From the human T2T-CHM13v2.0 reference genome, Homo sapiens: a DNA stretch of 64,000 nucleotides. A program made the translations under genes and the position numbers. The notes below the pieces were generated by a model. That model saw only the letters and a list, made by a program, of their open reading frames with translations. It was not told the DNA's origin and ran no database searches. The DNA lies in NCBI RefSeq assembly GCF_009914755.1, contig NC_060926.1; one strand, given 5' to 3'. Positions 40,021 through 64,000 of this stretch are shown one piece after another (position 1 is the first letter of the stretch; each line of letters starts with the position of its first letter).

Positions 40021-42126
40021 AACAAATAAAAATAAATTATTATTTATAATACAGCCAAAGAGACCATCTGCTAGCTCATTCAGCCAGTTCCTAGGTTCAG
40101 ACAGGAGATTAGTGTAAACACACACATGCACCGATTGGGCAAAGCCTTTCTCAGGACTTTCACTCAATTCAGGGTTGCTGCTGTTGTTTGTTCTCAGTAT
40201 GTTTTTAAACAGTAAATAAGTTACCATGGATAAAAAACACTATATAAACCAAAATACATGTCTGAAATTAATCCAAATGTTCTTCAGTATACTCAAGAAG
40301 ATGTTTTGACCCATGGGTCTCAAATTCTAAACTCGAATTGCTTCAGAAGAAGCATAAAGTCATTGAAAATTTCAGAAAGCAATATGTATATGTCTATGTG
40401 TGTACATGCATAGACACATACACAATTTCTTCTAAAGATTACTATCAATTTTGGGGTTTCAAACTTATTGAATCAACATGATTATATCATTAATAGTTTC
40501 ATTATTTATGTATTTATGGAATGAAATACTAAGAAGCATATGTATTTCCCCTCCCCTGACCCTCCAATTTTCTTATTCAACAAGTTGGCAAGCCTAGTGG
40601 TTTATGAGGAAATCTGTTAGAGAGTAAGTAGTGGACACACTGTCTTACGATAACATTTGTTATCTCTTTCTCTAGTCTAAATTATATAATTCACTTGATT
40701 GTTGTAGTTATCAAGTTGTATTTGTTTATGTGTCTGTCTCCCCACTGGACAGTGAGTCCAGGAGAGCAGGGATTATGATTTTTATCTCTGTGTCTAATCA
40801 CTTTTCTGCCCCGAGGAGCCAGCTGCCTTATTCAGTAAATGGATGCTCTTCCACATGGTAAACTTAATTGGTCAATTTCTGTTCTATATAAGGTTTTGGG
40901 AAACAAAGATGGACAAATAATGAGACAGAGTGGATGAAAGGAAGATGAGGTTATAGGGAGAATGTGAGAAAGGAAGGAAGGGGGTATCTTCACAGAGCAG
41001 GAAGCAAAATTGGAAGTCAAAGTGTGCAGTTGCAGTGGTGGAAAGTGTTGACCAACCTCGGTTTGGTGAAGGTGGCGTCAAATCAATTTAAACTTTTCAC
41101 GGGGAAGCAGGGTATTTCTGAGCCTAATGGTTATGGAGAATTGGCCTCTGTATTTCCCTCCAGACTTTCACGGACTACTCAGCCTAGAGCAAACATGATC
41201 CAGATGCCGAATGGACTGCCAATGTGAAAATTATTTGATTTGATTAAGAAACAATTTAATCTTACTCTGGTTTGTATTTAAAGCCTGCTAATATCAAAGC
41301 ACACAGAATTTTCATTTTTATATCAGCAACTTGATGCCATTTAGAAGCTGTGCCATCCTGAAATTAAAAGCACAAGTTGTAGAGTCAGCTTTCCCCATTC
41401 CCTTAGAAGAGATCAGCTTTTTTGGTGTTAACAATGTGTTCTATAGCAGGAAGGCAAGACTACTGTCCAACGTCTGACCTCCTTTCATATCTCCTGGAGG
41501 ACTGTGATGAGGGCCACTGCTGCTGGCTGTGGGGGTCTCCATTCCCCTGCCTGTCACCTCTGCACCCTCAGTGCACACACAACCTTTCCTTTTTTACATG
41601 GCAGACTAGCTGTGTCTTCTGGTGGCCACGTAGATTCAGAAGTGTGGGTTTTAGTAGATACAGATCTACTAGGAACTTCCATTCAATTAAAGTTTCTAAG
41701 AACTGAAAGACAACAGGAGGTGAGGAAGGCAGGAGAAAGAGGAAGCATGGGGTATTAGAAGATAAGTGATCCTCATTTCAAATGAAGACTGCTTAATGAA
41801 AAATCTCTTTAAGGCACTATTTCCCAAACTTGCCTGTTCACCAATGTGAATTACACAAGGCCCCTGGGAAAAATCCAGACTCCTGGGTGCCATTTTAGAA
41901 CCACTAAATACATCTGCAGAGGTAAGAGCCTGGATAATCTGTATTTTCAGTATGCCCTGGAAATTCCAGCAGTCAGGCAAATTAGGGAATCCCTAATTTA
42001 AAGAAGTCCACTCCATCAACTTAAGTCATTAAGATTTGAATAGATCAGGATTAGCTCTCAAAAACGCATTGCTTCTTGAGTAAACATTTCAACAGCATTG
42101 AATTTTAAAAGAATTAAATCCCCTGA

Positions 42127-45690
<3,564 letters not shown>

Positions 45691-46605
45691 AAATTCTTTT
45701 TAATGTCCTTGATTCTTGTTCACTGAAAAGACTCAAATTTTGCTTATTGAATTAAAATTAATTCTTGTAAGAACAGTAACAGAACTATTACTACAATAGA
45801 ATGGAAGCCTGATTCTTGAAGTTTGTATGACTGTGATGAGAGTTCGCAGGTAGCAACTGCTAAATGAGGACACAAAGCGTTCCCTAAATCCTCTGTATTA
45901 ACTGCCAATGAGAGCTTCATTTCTCCCATCTTTATAGCAGACCCTCTATTTTTATAATAATGACAAGACTGAAGGGACAAGATGAAATGGTGCAAATGGA
46001 TCCTGGATAAGCGCCAGTTCTTCTAAAAGGTTTTTTATTTTTGCTAATGTGAAAGATTAAATTTAGAAAAATATGAAGTCAAAATGAATAAATAAAAAAC
46101 ATAATTTCAAAAATTTCATTGAAAGCCCATCAATTAAGAACAATATAATTAGTTTAAAATCTAAGAGCTTATCTTGTTTCTTCCCATTGCATAAACTTAT
46201 TTTCTCTACTTGACAGCATAAGACTGAGAAGGTAAAGAGTTGAATAACTGCTAACCATCATCAAAACTCAAGCAGAGGGATTGTTTTTTAACCATTTTAG
46301 GAAACCTTGTTCTTGACACATTTATGTGATCACTGAAAGATACAGCTGAAAGGTGATCTAAGCATTTCAAACTATAACAAAACTATACATTTCTCTTGGA
46401 AACTGACAGTGTTCCATTGATTTTCCATTACACAGGCAAGTATTCTGTGTCTTAATTTGTTTTTAAACATGAGATACTATTCAAATTATATGAAAAGTTA
46501 CTTGTAGCCCAGAGGCAAGAGAGAAACTGCAAACTCTAAGTAAGGAAATTCAGCAGATGAGAAAAACAGAAAGAGAAATTCTTTGGTTTAAATAAACTCC
46601 TTGCG

Positions 46606-46924
<319 letters not shown>

Positions 46925-48690
46925 TCATGTGTGACTTCTGTAGTCAGACACTAACACTGTATTTTTATTAGAAGCAGGAATTGGGGTGGGGGCATTAAAT
47001 TTATATGATGCTTTTGAAACAATTCAGAGGCCTTTAATGTGGTCTCTTACAATCAACAAGTTAGCCACATGACCTCATTTTGGAAATATCCACAGGAGAT
47101 TTGGCCTGTAATTCCTTGGGCTCACTGAAGGTAATCAAATCTTTTCCAGTCATAAGAATCTTTGATCTTTAATTATTTTACTAAGTCTTGCTCTTCAAAA
47201 ATAACTGTATTATTTAGTCCCATTAACCCACCAAGACCTGCTTTACATATATATATGTAAAAGAAATTATATATATATATATATGTATGTATATGTATAT
47301 TTGTCAAAGAAAAGAGTAAGGTCCCTTAAACTAAGGGGCAGTCTCTGTGGAATATTTGGTGTCCCAAGGTGAAAGAGACACTGTAACGTTTTATAGAAAA
47401 TTTGTAGAGTGCTGAGTAAAAGCAAATAAATGAATTCTACAAATTAGCTCTAAGTTGAGAACAATTAAACACAAATAAGTACATTCTAATTTAAGCAAAA
47501 ACCATTATACCCAATGTACAGATTAACAAAAATTCACAAAATGTTAAAATTTTTGCTAGTTCACTAGTAACTCCCATAAGATGTAAAGATTAGTCTACAT
47601 GTTTTTAATGTTTTAGCAAAGGATCATTTCTATAACTCCATAAGGCAGCATGGTATAGTAGTATGGCCGTCAAACTTCGGCATATAGCAGGGTTGCCTAG
47701 GAAGTTGCTCAAACAAACATATGTCCTGACCCTGGAGATTCTCATTCAGCAGTTATTGGTCAAAGCTTGGGCATTTAGTTTTACTTTGAACACACTCTCT
47801 AGTAATTCTGATACACTCTGTAGTTGAGAACCATCGGTGTATTGGAAAGAACTCAGGCCCTTTGGAGTCATGAAAGACTGGATTTGAATTCTGATTCTGC
47901 CATTTATTTGCTATGTGACTGGGGCAAGTTATTTACCTCTCTGCACCATCATGTCTAAAATGCCAATCATGTGACTAACTTATCATGTGATCGCAGAGAA
48001 GTAGGATTAAGCACATATTATGCTGTTCTTATAGACAATTTTGCATTTAACAAAATTTTACTTCACTTTGCGTAATAATCTATAATAAATGCTAAATGCA
48101 GCACAATGTTTGATTCACCATCTTGTTATGCTTTCTTCCCACACCAAAGGTCAATTTCACAGAGTTCTTTAATAATTCTTTCTTGCAGCTGGGCAGGAAT
48201 GGAACCAGGGTGGCTAGGAAGTTGAACAACCTTAAGATTATTTCTGCTCTCCAACAGAATTGGTGGTGTCTCTACATTATTCATGCTAGATGATGGAAGA
48301 AGTGTTGATACTAAGAAGTGACAAGCAATAGTTTCCCCTTCTTCATGATATTGTCATGGAGGAAGAAATTTCCTAGGAGAGGCAATAAACTACAGTAGAG
48401 AAAGTATGGGCTTTAGAGATTAGAGACCGGCATTCCAATTTTGTATATAACTGGGCATAAATTACATAACCTTGGATAGAGGACAGCTTTCATGAACTAA
48501 TATCTCATCTGTGATATAGGAATGGGCACACTACAGAGATTTCTGAGGATTAGAGTAATGAAGTCAGATGTTTGTCTTAGTGCCTACCACATTGTAGGTC
48601 CCTAATAACAGGAAAATCCCCTTTCTACTTTCACAGCAGTACTCCATTTCCAAAAGCTGCTGATCAGAAAGCTGTGTCGTGTGTGTGTGT

Positions 48691-48727
<37 letters not shown>

Positions 48728-49517
48728 GGGCCATGCCAAGTTTTCCAATTCTATCCTGTGATCCAGAGTGTATGCCAAAATCATGTTGAACCTCGTGGCT
48801 TTTGAATAAAATAACTATGGGAAATTTGAAGCTTTTAAGAAAAAGATGGTGTGATTGGAAGAGATTTTTAAGAAAAGGAAAGAAGCTGGACATGTAAAAC
48901 CATGCTGGTGATTGAATTAATTAGTGAATGATAGTGTGAAAGAAGGTAAGAAAGAAATTGAGAAAATAAATTGCTTCTATTTCTGGAACTGTTAGTGTAT
49001 CCCCAGGACTACATTTCTTTCTTTCCTCCTTCTTCCTTCCTTTCTCCTTCCTTCCTTCCTCCCACCCTCCCTTCCTTCCTTCCCCTGTAACTGGCCCACA
49101 GGGGAGAGGTTGAACATGCTTCAGCTGATCTGACTTGAGTAACAGGAAAACTGAAAACTAGTTACACTAGAGGCCTCTTGCTTTTTGTGGGATAATTTCT
49201 CAGGAAAAATTAAAAAAAAAAGTAATGAACACAATTGGCTTTGGAAGTTTCAATGCAAATATTTATAATTTTGGAAGTTTCCAAATGCCTTTCCAAATGT
49301 TCCCAATTGCCTTTGCCTTATATAGAGATTTAACAGAATCATTAATGTCAATCAGAAACTCATTTTTGAAAGTTGAGAAAAAGCAGCTTTCACACAGGGA
49401 AGCCTGGGGCAAGCATAAACACATTACTTTTCTTTCCTACAAAAGAGTCTAAAAATTATCAAGGAACTCGTAAAATAAAATTAGCACTTCTATTGTGTGC
49501 TTCTTTAATAATCAACA

Positions 49518-54700
<5,183 letters not shown>

Positions 54701-57700
54701 AATAATCAACATGTCAGATTGTTGGGCTTTTCTTAGCAGATGTTTTCTAATTCAAAGTTTTTGGTTGTGTTTTTGTTTTTTAGTTCAAAGTTAATTTGTT
54801 GGCCTCTTGAAGATTAATTTGTCTAAGCTTTCTAGGAACTTCCAAACAGTGATATTCTCAAAAGGATTCAATAAACTAGTTCAAAAAATGTTCCTATCTT
54901 CTATTGCCTTAAATCTAATCATGTTCTGTGAACTGCAGTCCTAGTGTGTAACACGGCGTGATTTATCACCCAGAGTTCTCCACTGTATTTCAAAGTTGAT
55001 TTACCTCAGGAAAACTGAGGGTTTATTGAGTAACTCAAATTTTTCCAGAGAAACTGGTTTGAAGTATCCAGTGCAACCTGCCAAGCTCTGTCTTTGTTTA
55101 TAAACCCACTTACTGGTGACATCATTCAGGGTAGTCCCTCTCTAAAAATCTTGAATTTTGTCTGGTCTTCTCGGATGAGGAATTCTGAACCTGGTACAAT
55201 CTCATTCTAACTCTTCTCTTATGTACTAAGTACTTATATTATATACCTTTCTATAACTTAAGAGGAAAAGGCTGACATTTTTGGTATTCTTTCAGTGACA
55301 TATTTTTCAGTGTCTAAGCTCACAATCATTCTTAATTAACTACATGATTTTTAATATAATTCCTACTACTTTGGGTTTTATTTCCCAGGTATGGACATTG
55401 TCCTTTTAATGTTTTCTTAAGGAATTATTCAGAGTACATTATTAACAACTTAAGGTCCTAAACAGATATACATGGGACATGGTTGTTGTAAAAAGAAACA
55501 AATCTGTAAGACACTAGGAAATTCAAAATGCTTTCAAGCTTTCTTTGAACTTTACTACTGAATGATTTATTTGCAACTTGTTATCTGGTATAGTGGGGAA
55601 GAGCCACTTATGTCTCTTTAAGCCAAGATATATTTAAGATAACAATAAAGATAAAATATCAGTTTCACTATCTAGATTTGATTTTGACACAATGAAAAGC
55701 TGATTGGTTCATAATCAAATGAACAAATTTTCCACAAGTAAGAGATGAAACCCCTGGCTTGGAAATCCTGGGGATTGACAGGTTGAACGTCCTTGGTCTG
55801 TGGTGAGCATGTTCACGTTTCAACACATGAGATCTGGTGTGCTTTCCGTAGCAGCTCCTCAGATTTTGAGAAAAACTAGAAGATAATTTTTTAAAAAGCA
55901 ATGTTGAATACTTAGAATCGTATTTCTAATAAAAATAAGTCAAACTATTTAATTTTGATAAAGTTTCAAAACTAAACATGAACTGAACTTATACTTGATG
56001 ACATAATTTTATAAATTCATGATGAATTTCTTATTCTGATTTATTTACTATTTTAAAAGATAGGTGTTTCTTTTCTTCCACTGTAAAAGTGTAATGTGTT
56101 CATTGTATTTGGAAAACGTGGAAAGTAGAAGATGACTGTTCTTATTTATTCACTTTTACAGAGGGTAATTTTTTCCACACCATAGAAGTAGAATAATCAT
56201 ACTTCTAATTTGAAAATTTGAAAATGTAAAAAAAAAAAATTAATCCAAGATCATATCAACATTTAGGGCTAAGAGTTGAGATTATACTGAATATGGTTTT
56301 GCATTGAATATATTACAAGCCTTTTTGTGTCATTTACTATTTGATAAAACATGATTTTTAATGCCTGAATACTTTTCTAACACTTGTATGTATTGTTGTT
56401 TATTTAATCACTCCTCTATTGTGGAACATTCAAATTGGATCCAAGTTTACCATAAGTAATACTACAATAAAAATATCTATACATTATTTGTGATGTCTCT
56501 GGTTGTTTTCTTAGAGTGCCACCTTAATTATCTTTGTGAGAAAGTCCTCAAGAATCCTGCCATTAATTCAGATACTTTCCCCGCTATTGATATGTCTCTT
56601 TAAGAGTTCTGAAAATACTTAAGAAACTTAGTAAGAAGAAAGAAAATTAATCCTCTCTTCTGATTCTTCAGTTCCAATTCTCTGTCGCCACTGTATTTTT
56701 AAAAATCCTGTTGTCCAAAGCATCTCCCATTTAATTGTTTCTCTCTGACAGCAGGGAAACTGGAAGTTAGAGGTGATACCATAAAAGGAAATGAATGAAG
56801 CAGATGTATAAATTTTGATACATATAACAGATGTCTTTTGATCACACTTCCTGGGCAATATAGTAGTAATCAAAGGAAAACTGGTAACATTTTTCATTAC
56901 TATGCTTTAAAGAAAAATTTCTAAGCCTCACAGAGCTGACATGGTTTATTACCTTCAGAAACACGGTAGTACTTAGCGTAAGTTAGAATCCATTCATTAT
57001 TATGTGTGGCTGGAGAGGTATATTGCTTAAAAACTATACCAGGCCCTACTTAGGAACAAGTTCCAACTGCATTTAAATCACTCTGTTTATGTCAAAATAC
57101 TTAAAGTTAAATAGCAGAATCTAGAGGGGTCCTTGATTAACATGAGACAATAAATATTTGCAGAATCTGATGCCTACCAGAGGAAACACTAACCCAGACA
57201 GGAAGGTTCTTCAGAGTAAAAATCAAGAAGGGTGAGATTATCTATGCAATAGAAGTAAGTCTTGGCCTGGACCCAGACAAGATCATTGCACAAGAGATTG
57301 GTTTTGGAAGTAGATTTGGCTGAGATTAAAGTCTCGAGTGACAAGAAGACAATGTTAAAGATAAATCCAAACTCTTCTTTATTGCTTGACACTTCTCCAA
57401 TCAGCATCAACTTCATTCCTGGTAAGTTGGTGTAGTATGGTGAGTTCTGCCTTATTTCATACTTTATTTGGTTAGAATCTGGGGGAGGGGGTAAAGGTGT
57501 AGGTTGGTTATTTCAAATGTGCAGACGACCTCCACCAATTTTGCAGTATAGTGCTATTACTTAAGGGAATACACCCATAAAACTTTGATTTCCTAGTAAT
57601 TCTGCTTTTGTGCATTCTTAATTTGAGACTCAGTGAGGGTGCAAGAGCTGTAGATTTGGCAAACACTGCACTATTTTCTCACATTTTTTCGATTTGCTAA

Positions 57701-58070
57701 AACTAGTAACAAATGTATTACCCCTTTTTTTCCTTTAATTTTTAAATCCACGGCCTTTTCACTGCCTTTACTTTCCATGTGTTGCCACTGTATCCTCCAC
57801 TGAATCCCCCACATTGGGCCCAGCACTTGACACTTAGTAGGCACTCAACCAATACTTGTTGAATGAATGAGTTTAATGCACTGCAGTTTTTTTAGTTTTT
57901 AGATGATGTTGTACCTAATGCACATGCCTTCCTTCTTTCACTCCTTCATTAATCCTTTTGTTCATGTCTTTTACTTATGCCAAGCTGTCACACTGTGTTC
58001 ATGAACTGACAGATTTATTTTTTCTTCCACAGCCCCAGAGCCAGCAAATGACTGACCTTAAACCTAAAAC

Positions 58071-58559
58071 TGTAGGAGTTTGGTCAGTGTGGTGGGAAAA
58101 GTTGTAAGAAAAGGTTATAGGGAAAGACACAAACCTTCTTGGAAGAACGGGAGGTTTTGCAAAAGCTTCAAAAGAGAATTTAGCTGAAGGCAGTTAAATT
58201 CTCTTAAGAGCAAGGGTTAGATAACAAGGGAATGTAAAGAAACTTATCTAGATAAATTGTTCTACTCATATCTCTGGAAACCAACCTTTGATCATTCATG
58301 TACAGGACTGCTCTCTACTTGGGGGGTTGACAATGTTAATTACCCACAAATTGTGTTTGCTCCAAGCCCTTGTCATTAAATCTGTACTAAATAAATGCAA
58401 GTGGGGCCAGCTTAGGGAAGCTGCACTCCTTTCGGCTGCTGCACTCTCTCATCGGCAGCACTGAGTGGTGCAGTCCCCTAGCCACACTGTCAGGAAAAAT
58501 ACCTGTGTCAGCGAACTCCTTTCATTCATCACTTGGCCAGTCTGCGGGACAGATCGGCA
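58071..58559 (+). mobile_element. Solo LTR, LTR22-like (HERV-K HML-5)
   Basis: TG...CA ends, perfect 6-bp TSD TAAAAC (58065-58070 and 58560-58565), internal AATAAA. Family assignment is from recall. Confidence 0.8.
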
Positions 58560-59189
58560 TAAAACACCCATTGGTTTTCGCCTTTACTCTTGCAGAATGA
58601 GTTATAAAGCCAAAGACCTCAAGAAAAGCACACTCCTTAACAGCCAGTTCAGGGGTGACAGCCAGGGAATAAGAAAAAAGAACCTTCCAGAGGATGGAGC
58701 CACCACCAAAAATGATGGAAAAGAGGGTTCCTCCCAGAGAGCAGATTCAGAGGCTATTTAAGGAATTTCCCCATGCCCTGTGTAGGGAGCTTCTCACTAC
58801 TTGCTACTCATGATTTCCTTATGGTTATACTCTAGGGACTGCTGCTTGCCTGTCTTCTCTTTCTTGCATAGCAGGTTTGTTTAATTTTATTTTTTTCTTC
58901 AATTATGGTGGTGTTTTCACTGTTCTACCATGACAAGAGGTAGAACAGAGATATTTTTTACCTCTACATGGGAGGCAGAAAATTGGCCTTTTTATTCAAG
59001 AATGCCAAACCAGAAGCTGACATATCAGAATCTGATACAGAGTACAGTCTATTCCCCTTTGGACTTTGGACCTTGGAATTTGAACTGGATGCAATAATGG
59101 TATGAGACCCTTGGGTAGGAATGAGTGTCTTGTATGTGTGGGAAAGACAGGAAGGCAGGTATTTGGTGACCTAAAAAGAAGGCCATGGC

Positions 59190-59575
59190 AGAACCTCATT
59201 AGTTGTTCAATAATCCTATTTTCCTTTCCTCCTGGGCACACAGCTATGTATTTTCCAGCCATCCTCATATATAGATGTAGCCCAGTAACACTTCTGAGGA
59301 TGGAATATGGACAGATGTGATGGGCACTGCTGGACCTGGACCATAAAATCCTTCCACATGATGTCAGTGCCCCTTTTACCCCATTGGCAGCTGGATATTG
59401 TCATCCAGAGAGATGGATGACTTAGAAGCCACGTGCAGAAGATGGCAACCTTCCATCAGCATGGATCCTTGAGTGACTGTGGAGTGCAACGCCTTCTACC
59501 AGTTAGAACTACTGTGATTGACAATCACATTTCATTTGTATTAAGCTACTGATTTGGGGGGTTTATCTCCTTCAG
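59190..59575. repeat. Old MaLR (MLT1-like) LTR remnant
   Basis: Motifs such as ctgggcacacagcta...ttcccagcc, gaagccacgtgcagaagatggc and tgtattaagctactga. Confidence 0.5.
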
Positions 59576-61191
59576 CTCCCACATTAGTACAACTCATGCA
59601 GAATGGAGAGTGACTGTGAACACATGTGGCACAGGCTGCTGAAACCTAGGACTTTATAGATGAATTCCTGATTATACTCTCCTTTCTTGCAAAAAGCTTT
59701 TTTCAAATTAAATGTTATAATACAAATGTGAGTACTTAAATGTCTTTCTAATGAAATGATGACTAACTGTAGGAAAGAAAATGTAGGAATGTATACATCC
59801 TTGATAAGAGTGTGAAACTGATACAGGCAATGTAGAGAGTCTTGCTTAGGGATAATGAACAAAAGAACATACCTGGGTAAAAGAAATGAGAGGTTACTGA
59901 TAACAAAACTAATATTTATATTGCACAATATAAAACATTATTTTATACTTAGGATTACATTTGATTTTTGCAAATCCCTGTGAAATAGCTATTATTATCA
60001 GATCCACTTTATGCATAATAAAAACAAGACTCATATGGGTTAGCTAACTAGGCTATGGTCTCTCCACCAAGCTCTACTTCTCTGATTGAGGAGATAGTAG
60101 TATCTAGAGCTTCAGTGTTCTTTCTACTGCCCTATGCTACCACCCAGTGCAGATGTAAGAACAAAACCTACTAGTAAACTGCTATTGACTGTTTAGACCT
60201 TTAGCAACTTTAATCATCCAAAACATAGCTGTGAGACCAAAAAGAGGAAAACAGTTTGCAAAAGTCCATATTTATTACACCATGAAAGAGCCAGGTCTGT
60301 GAAATGTTGCCTAGAATTTGTGTACTAAACTCAGCAAAATGAATTAACAAACTCAGTGACCTCATTTTCTCCTAAATTACAGTAAATGGAAGATTTAAAA
60401 GATGAGAAAAATAAACACAGAAAACTTCAGTTAACAGGGTAGAGGATGACGCATTGAAAGATTGGGTGTCCATGTGTGGTATGTAAAGGCAGGTCCTATG
60501 AGTCTTAGGCAGGCCTAGGCACGTGTTCTCTCTTTTTGTTGTTTGATTCTCAATTTATGACAAATGAAGAACGAGGCCTTTACCTGGTCTGGATCGACTT
60601 GTTATGGAGCCCATGTGAAATGAAAATGATTCATAAACAAAACTGATCCATCCCCAGCAACAGCAGAGATGACCATGAACAATTAGCCACCTGAGAATCC
60701 TCAACAATTCTTGGGGAATTCATTAATTACATTTTATTAAAGGGCAGGGATATCCAAGGTGACATATGGGTTACAAAGGCAAAGTATAATTTCTTTATGG
60801 GTTTTGATAATGTGAAATATAAATTAATAAGCTTTTTGATTTTACTAATACAAACATACCCATCAATTGGTCTTCTTCAATTCAGAAATAACTAGAGTTT
60901 GAGGGTATCTTAAATCCAAAAAATAAAAACAAAAACCTAACCAGCAGCCATTTGCTGAATTCCTGAGTACTTGGGACTCTCCATTTCTAGTCTAGCAAAC
61001 ATCTTCCAGTTGCAATTTTAAACCTTTTTTCCCAGATCTTTCAAGAAACCTCTAATAGTATCAAGTTCAGCACACAAAGCTAGCTTTCTGTAAGCAATCA
61101 GTCTCATCTACCCACCTTTACTTTAGACAGGCTCCTAAAGTCAACCTGAGAATAAAAAGGACTTTTCTTTTGTTATTAAAATCTGTTCTCT

Positions 61192-62866
<1,675 letters not shown>

Positions 62867-64000
62867 GCTTAACATGTTTAGGTGTTTTGTATCAGAAGAC
62901 ATTTTTCTGGTCCTCTATTTCAGGAGTTGGCAAACTTCTGTAAAGGGCCAGATAATATTCTCAGCTTTGCGGGCCATGTGATTTATGTCCCAACTACTCA
63001 AATAATTCACATTTCCTATCCTCATCAGCATCACTTGAGTTCTAATTTTTTATTATTATTTAAGTAGTAGGAAATCTTCCAGCTGTCAAGATACAAAAGA
63101 CCTTCAATGGGAGTGTCAGACTCTAAAAGATAAAGTTCAAACTGCCTCCCATATTTGAGTATGAATTTAAAGCTAATATTTGCTGAGCGCTTACTGTGGT
63201 TCAGGCACTATTCTAAGTGCCTTTCCTGTGTTAACCCCTTTACATCTCACAACGGTATGAAAGACAATGACCATTATAATCTCCACTTGGAAACTGAGGC
63301 TCAGTTACATAAAGTTACACCACCCACTGGTGGATAAAGGACACCAACTCAGGTCTCTCTGACTCCAGAAACCATGCTCCACTCAGAATGCTAACCCCCT
63401 AACACCCAGTCTTCTATCTCTTGATGAGTTCTGAATTATCACGCAGGTATTCGCCCTTCTCCAGTAGCCACCTTGCCTCAGAAACACATAATCTCACCCC
63501 AGCTTCAGAGAAAAGCTGATTGATCTCCATGCGCTCTTACACTCTAGACAGTGATTGGCTTACATCTGAGGTTTCTCAACAAACTAGTACATGGCATAAT
63601 CTCAGGCCACAGGGGCTGGCCAGAAATGGACAGGTAACCTTAACTAGGCTGATGCGATGGGAGGAAAATTTGCTGAGGGTTTTTAGAAAACAAGTTTCAT
63701 CAATCTTGGGAGAAAATCTTGGAGAGGGCCAGCCTCTCTTCATCCAGTCATTACCATGTATGTGTGTAAAGCTTGAAGCTACAGCAAACATCTTATTCAT
63801 CATGAAGATAAAACCAGAACAAAGTGGCAGAGTTGAGACTCACAAAGACCAAGGCAGCCAGAGCTCTAGTTGAATCACAGCTGCTCACCACTCTAGTGCT
63901 GGATTTTTTCCATTGTACATCAATACACCACATTTGTGTTTTAAACCAGTTTCAACTGGGTTTTCATTCAATGGAGTGTAACCTGACTGCAGTTATTTGA

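Noticed and set aside
60584-60690. Possible minus-strand exon (ttctcag|GTGG...CCAG|gtaaag)
   Set aside because: Only splice-like dinucleotides, with no recognisable homology.

Overview
Primate (almost certainly human) genomic DNA that I recognise as the RAB6C neighbourhood of the 2q21 segmental-duplication zone. It is a mosaic. Intron-containing duplicated gene fragments lie on the minus strand: the TMEM254 last exon with its 3'UTR, and two FAR2 exons. Three full-length retrocopies lie on the plus strand: the intact RAB6C retrogene, an SSBP3 pseudogene nested in a twin-primed L1, and an ARHGAP42 pseudogene. There is also a heavily deleted type-1 HERV-K(HML-2) provirus with a 23-bp 5' LTR remnant and an open 588-codon env frame, plus solo LTRs, L1s and about 30 Alus. 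The most notable observations are: the TSD-flanked 23-bp LTR stub; a possible antisense route from the RAB6C CpG island through the TMEM254 exon towards the promoterless env; and a 78-nt in-frame extra exon preserved in the ARHGAP42 retrocopy. I see no CRISPR array or structural RNA gene and cannot support a wholly new biological system. Parent-gene comparisons are from memory, not from a database search. Coordinates of old repeats are approximate.
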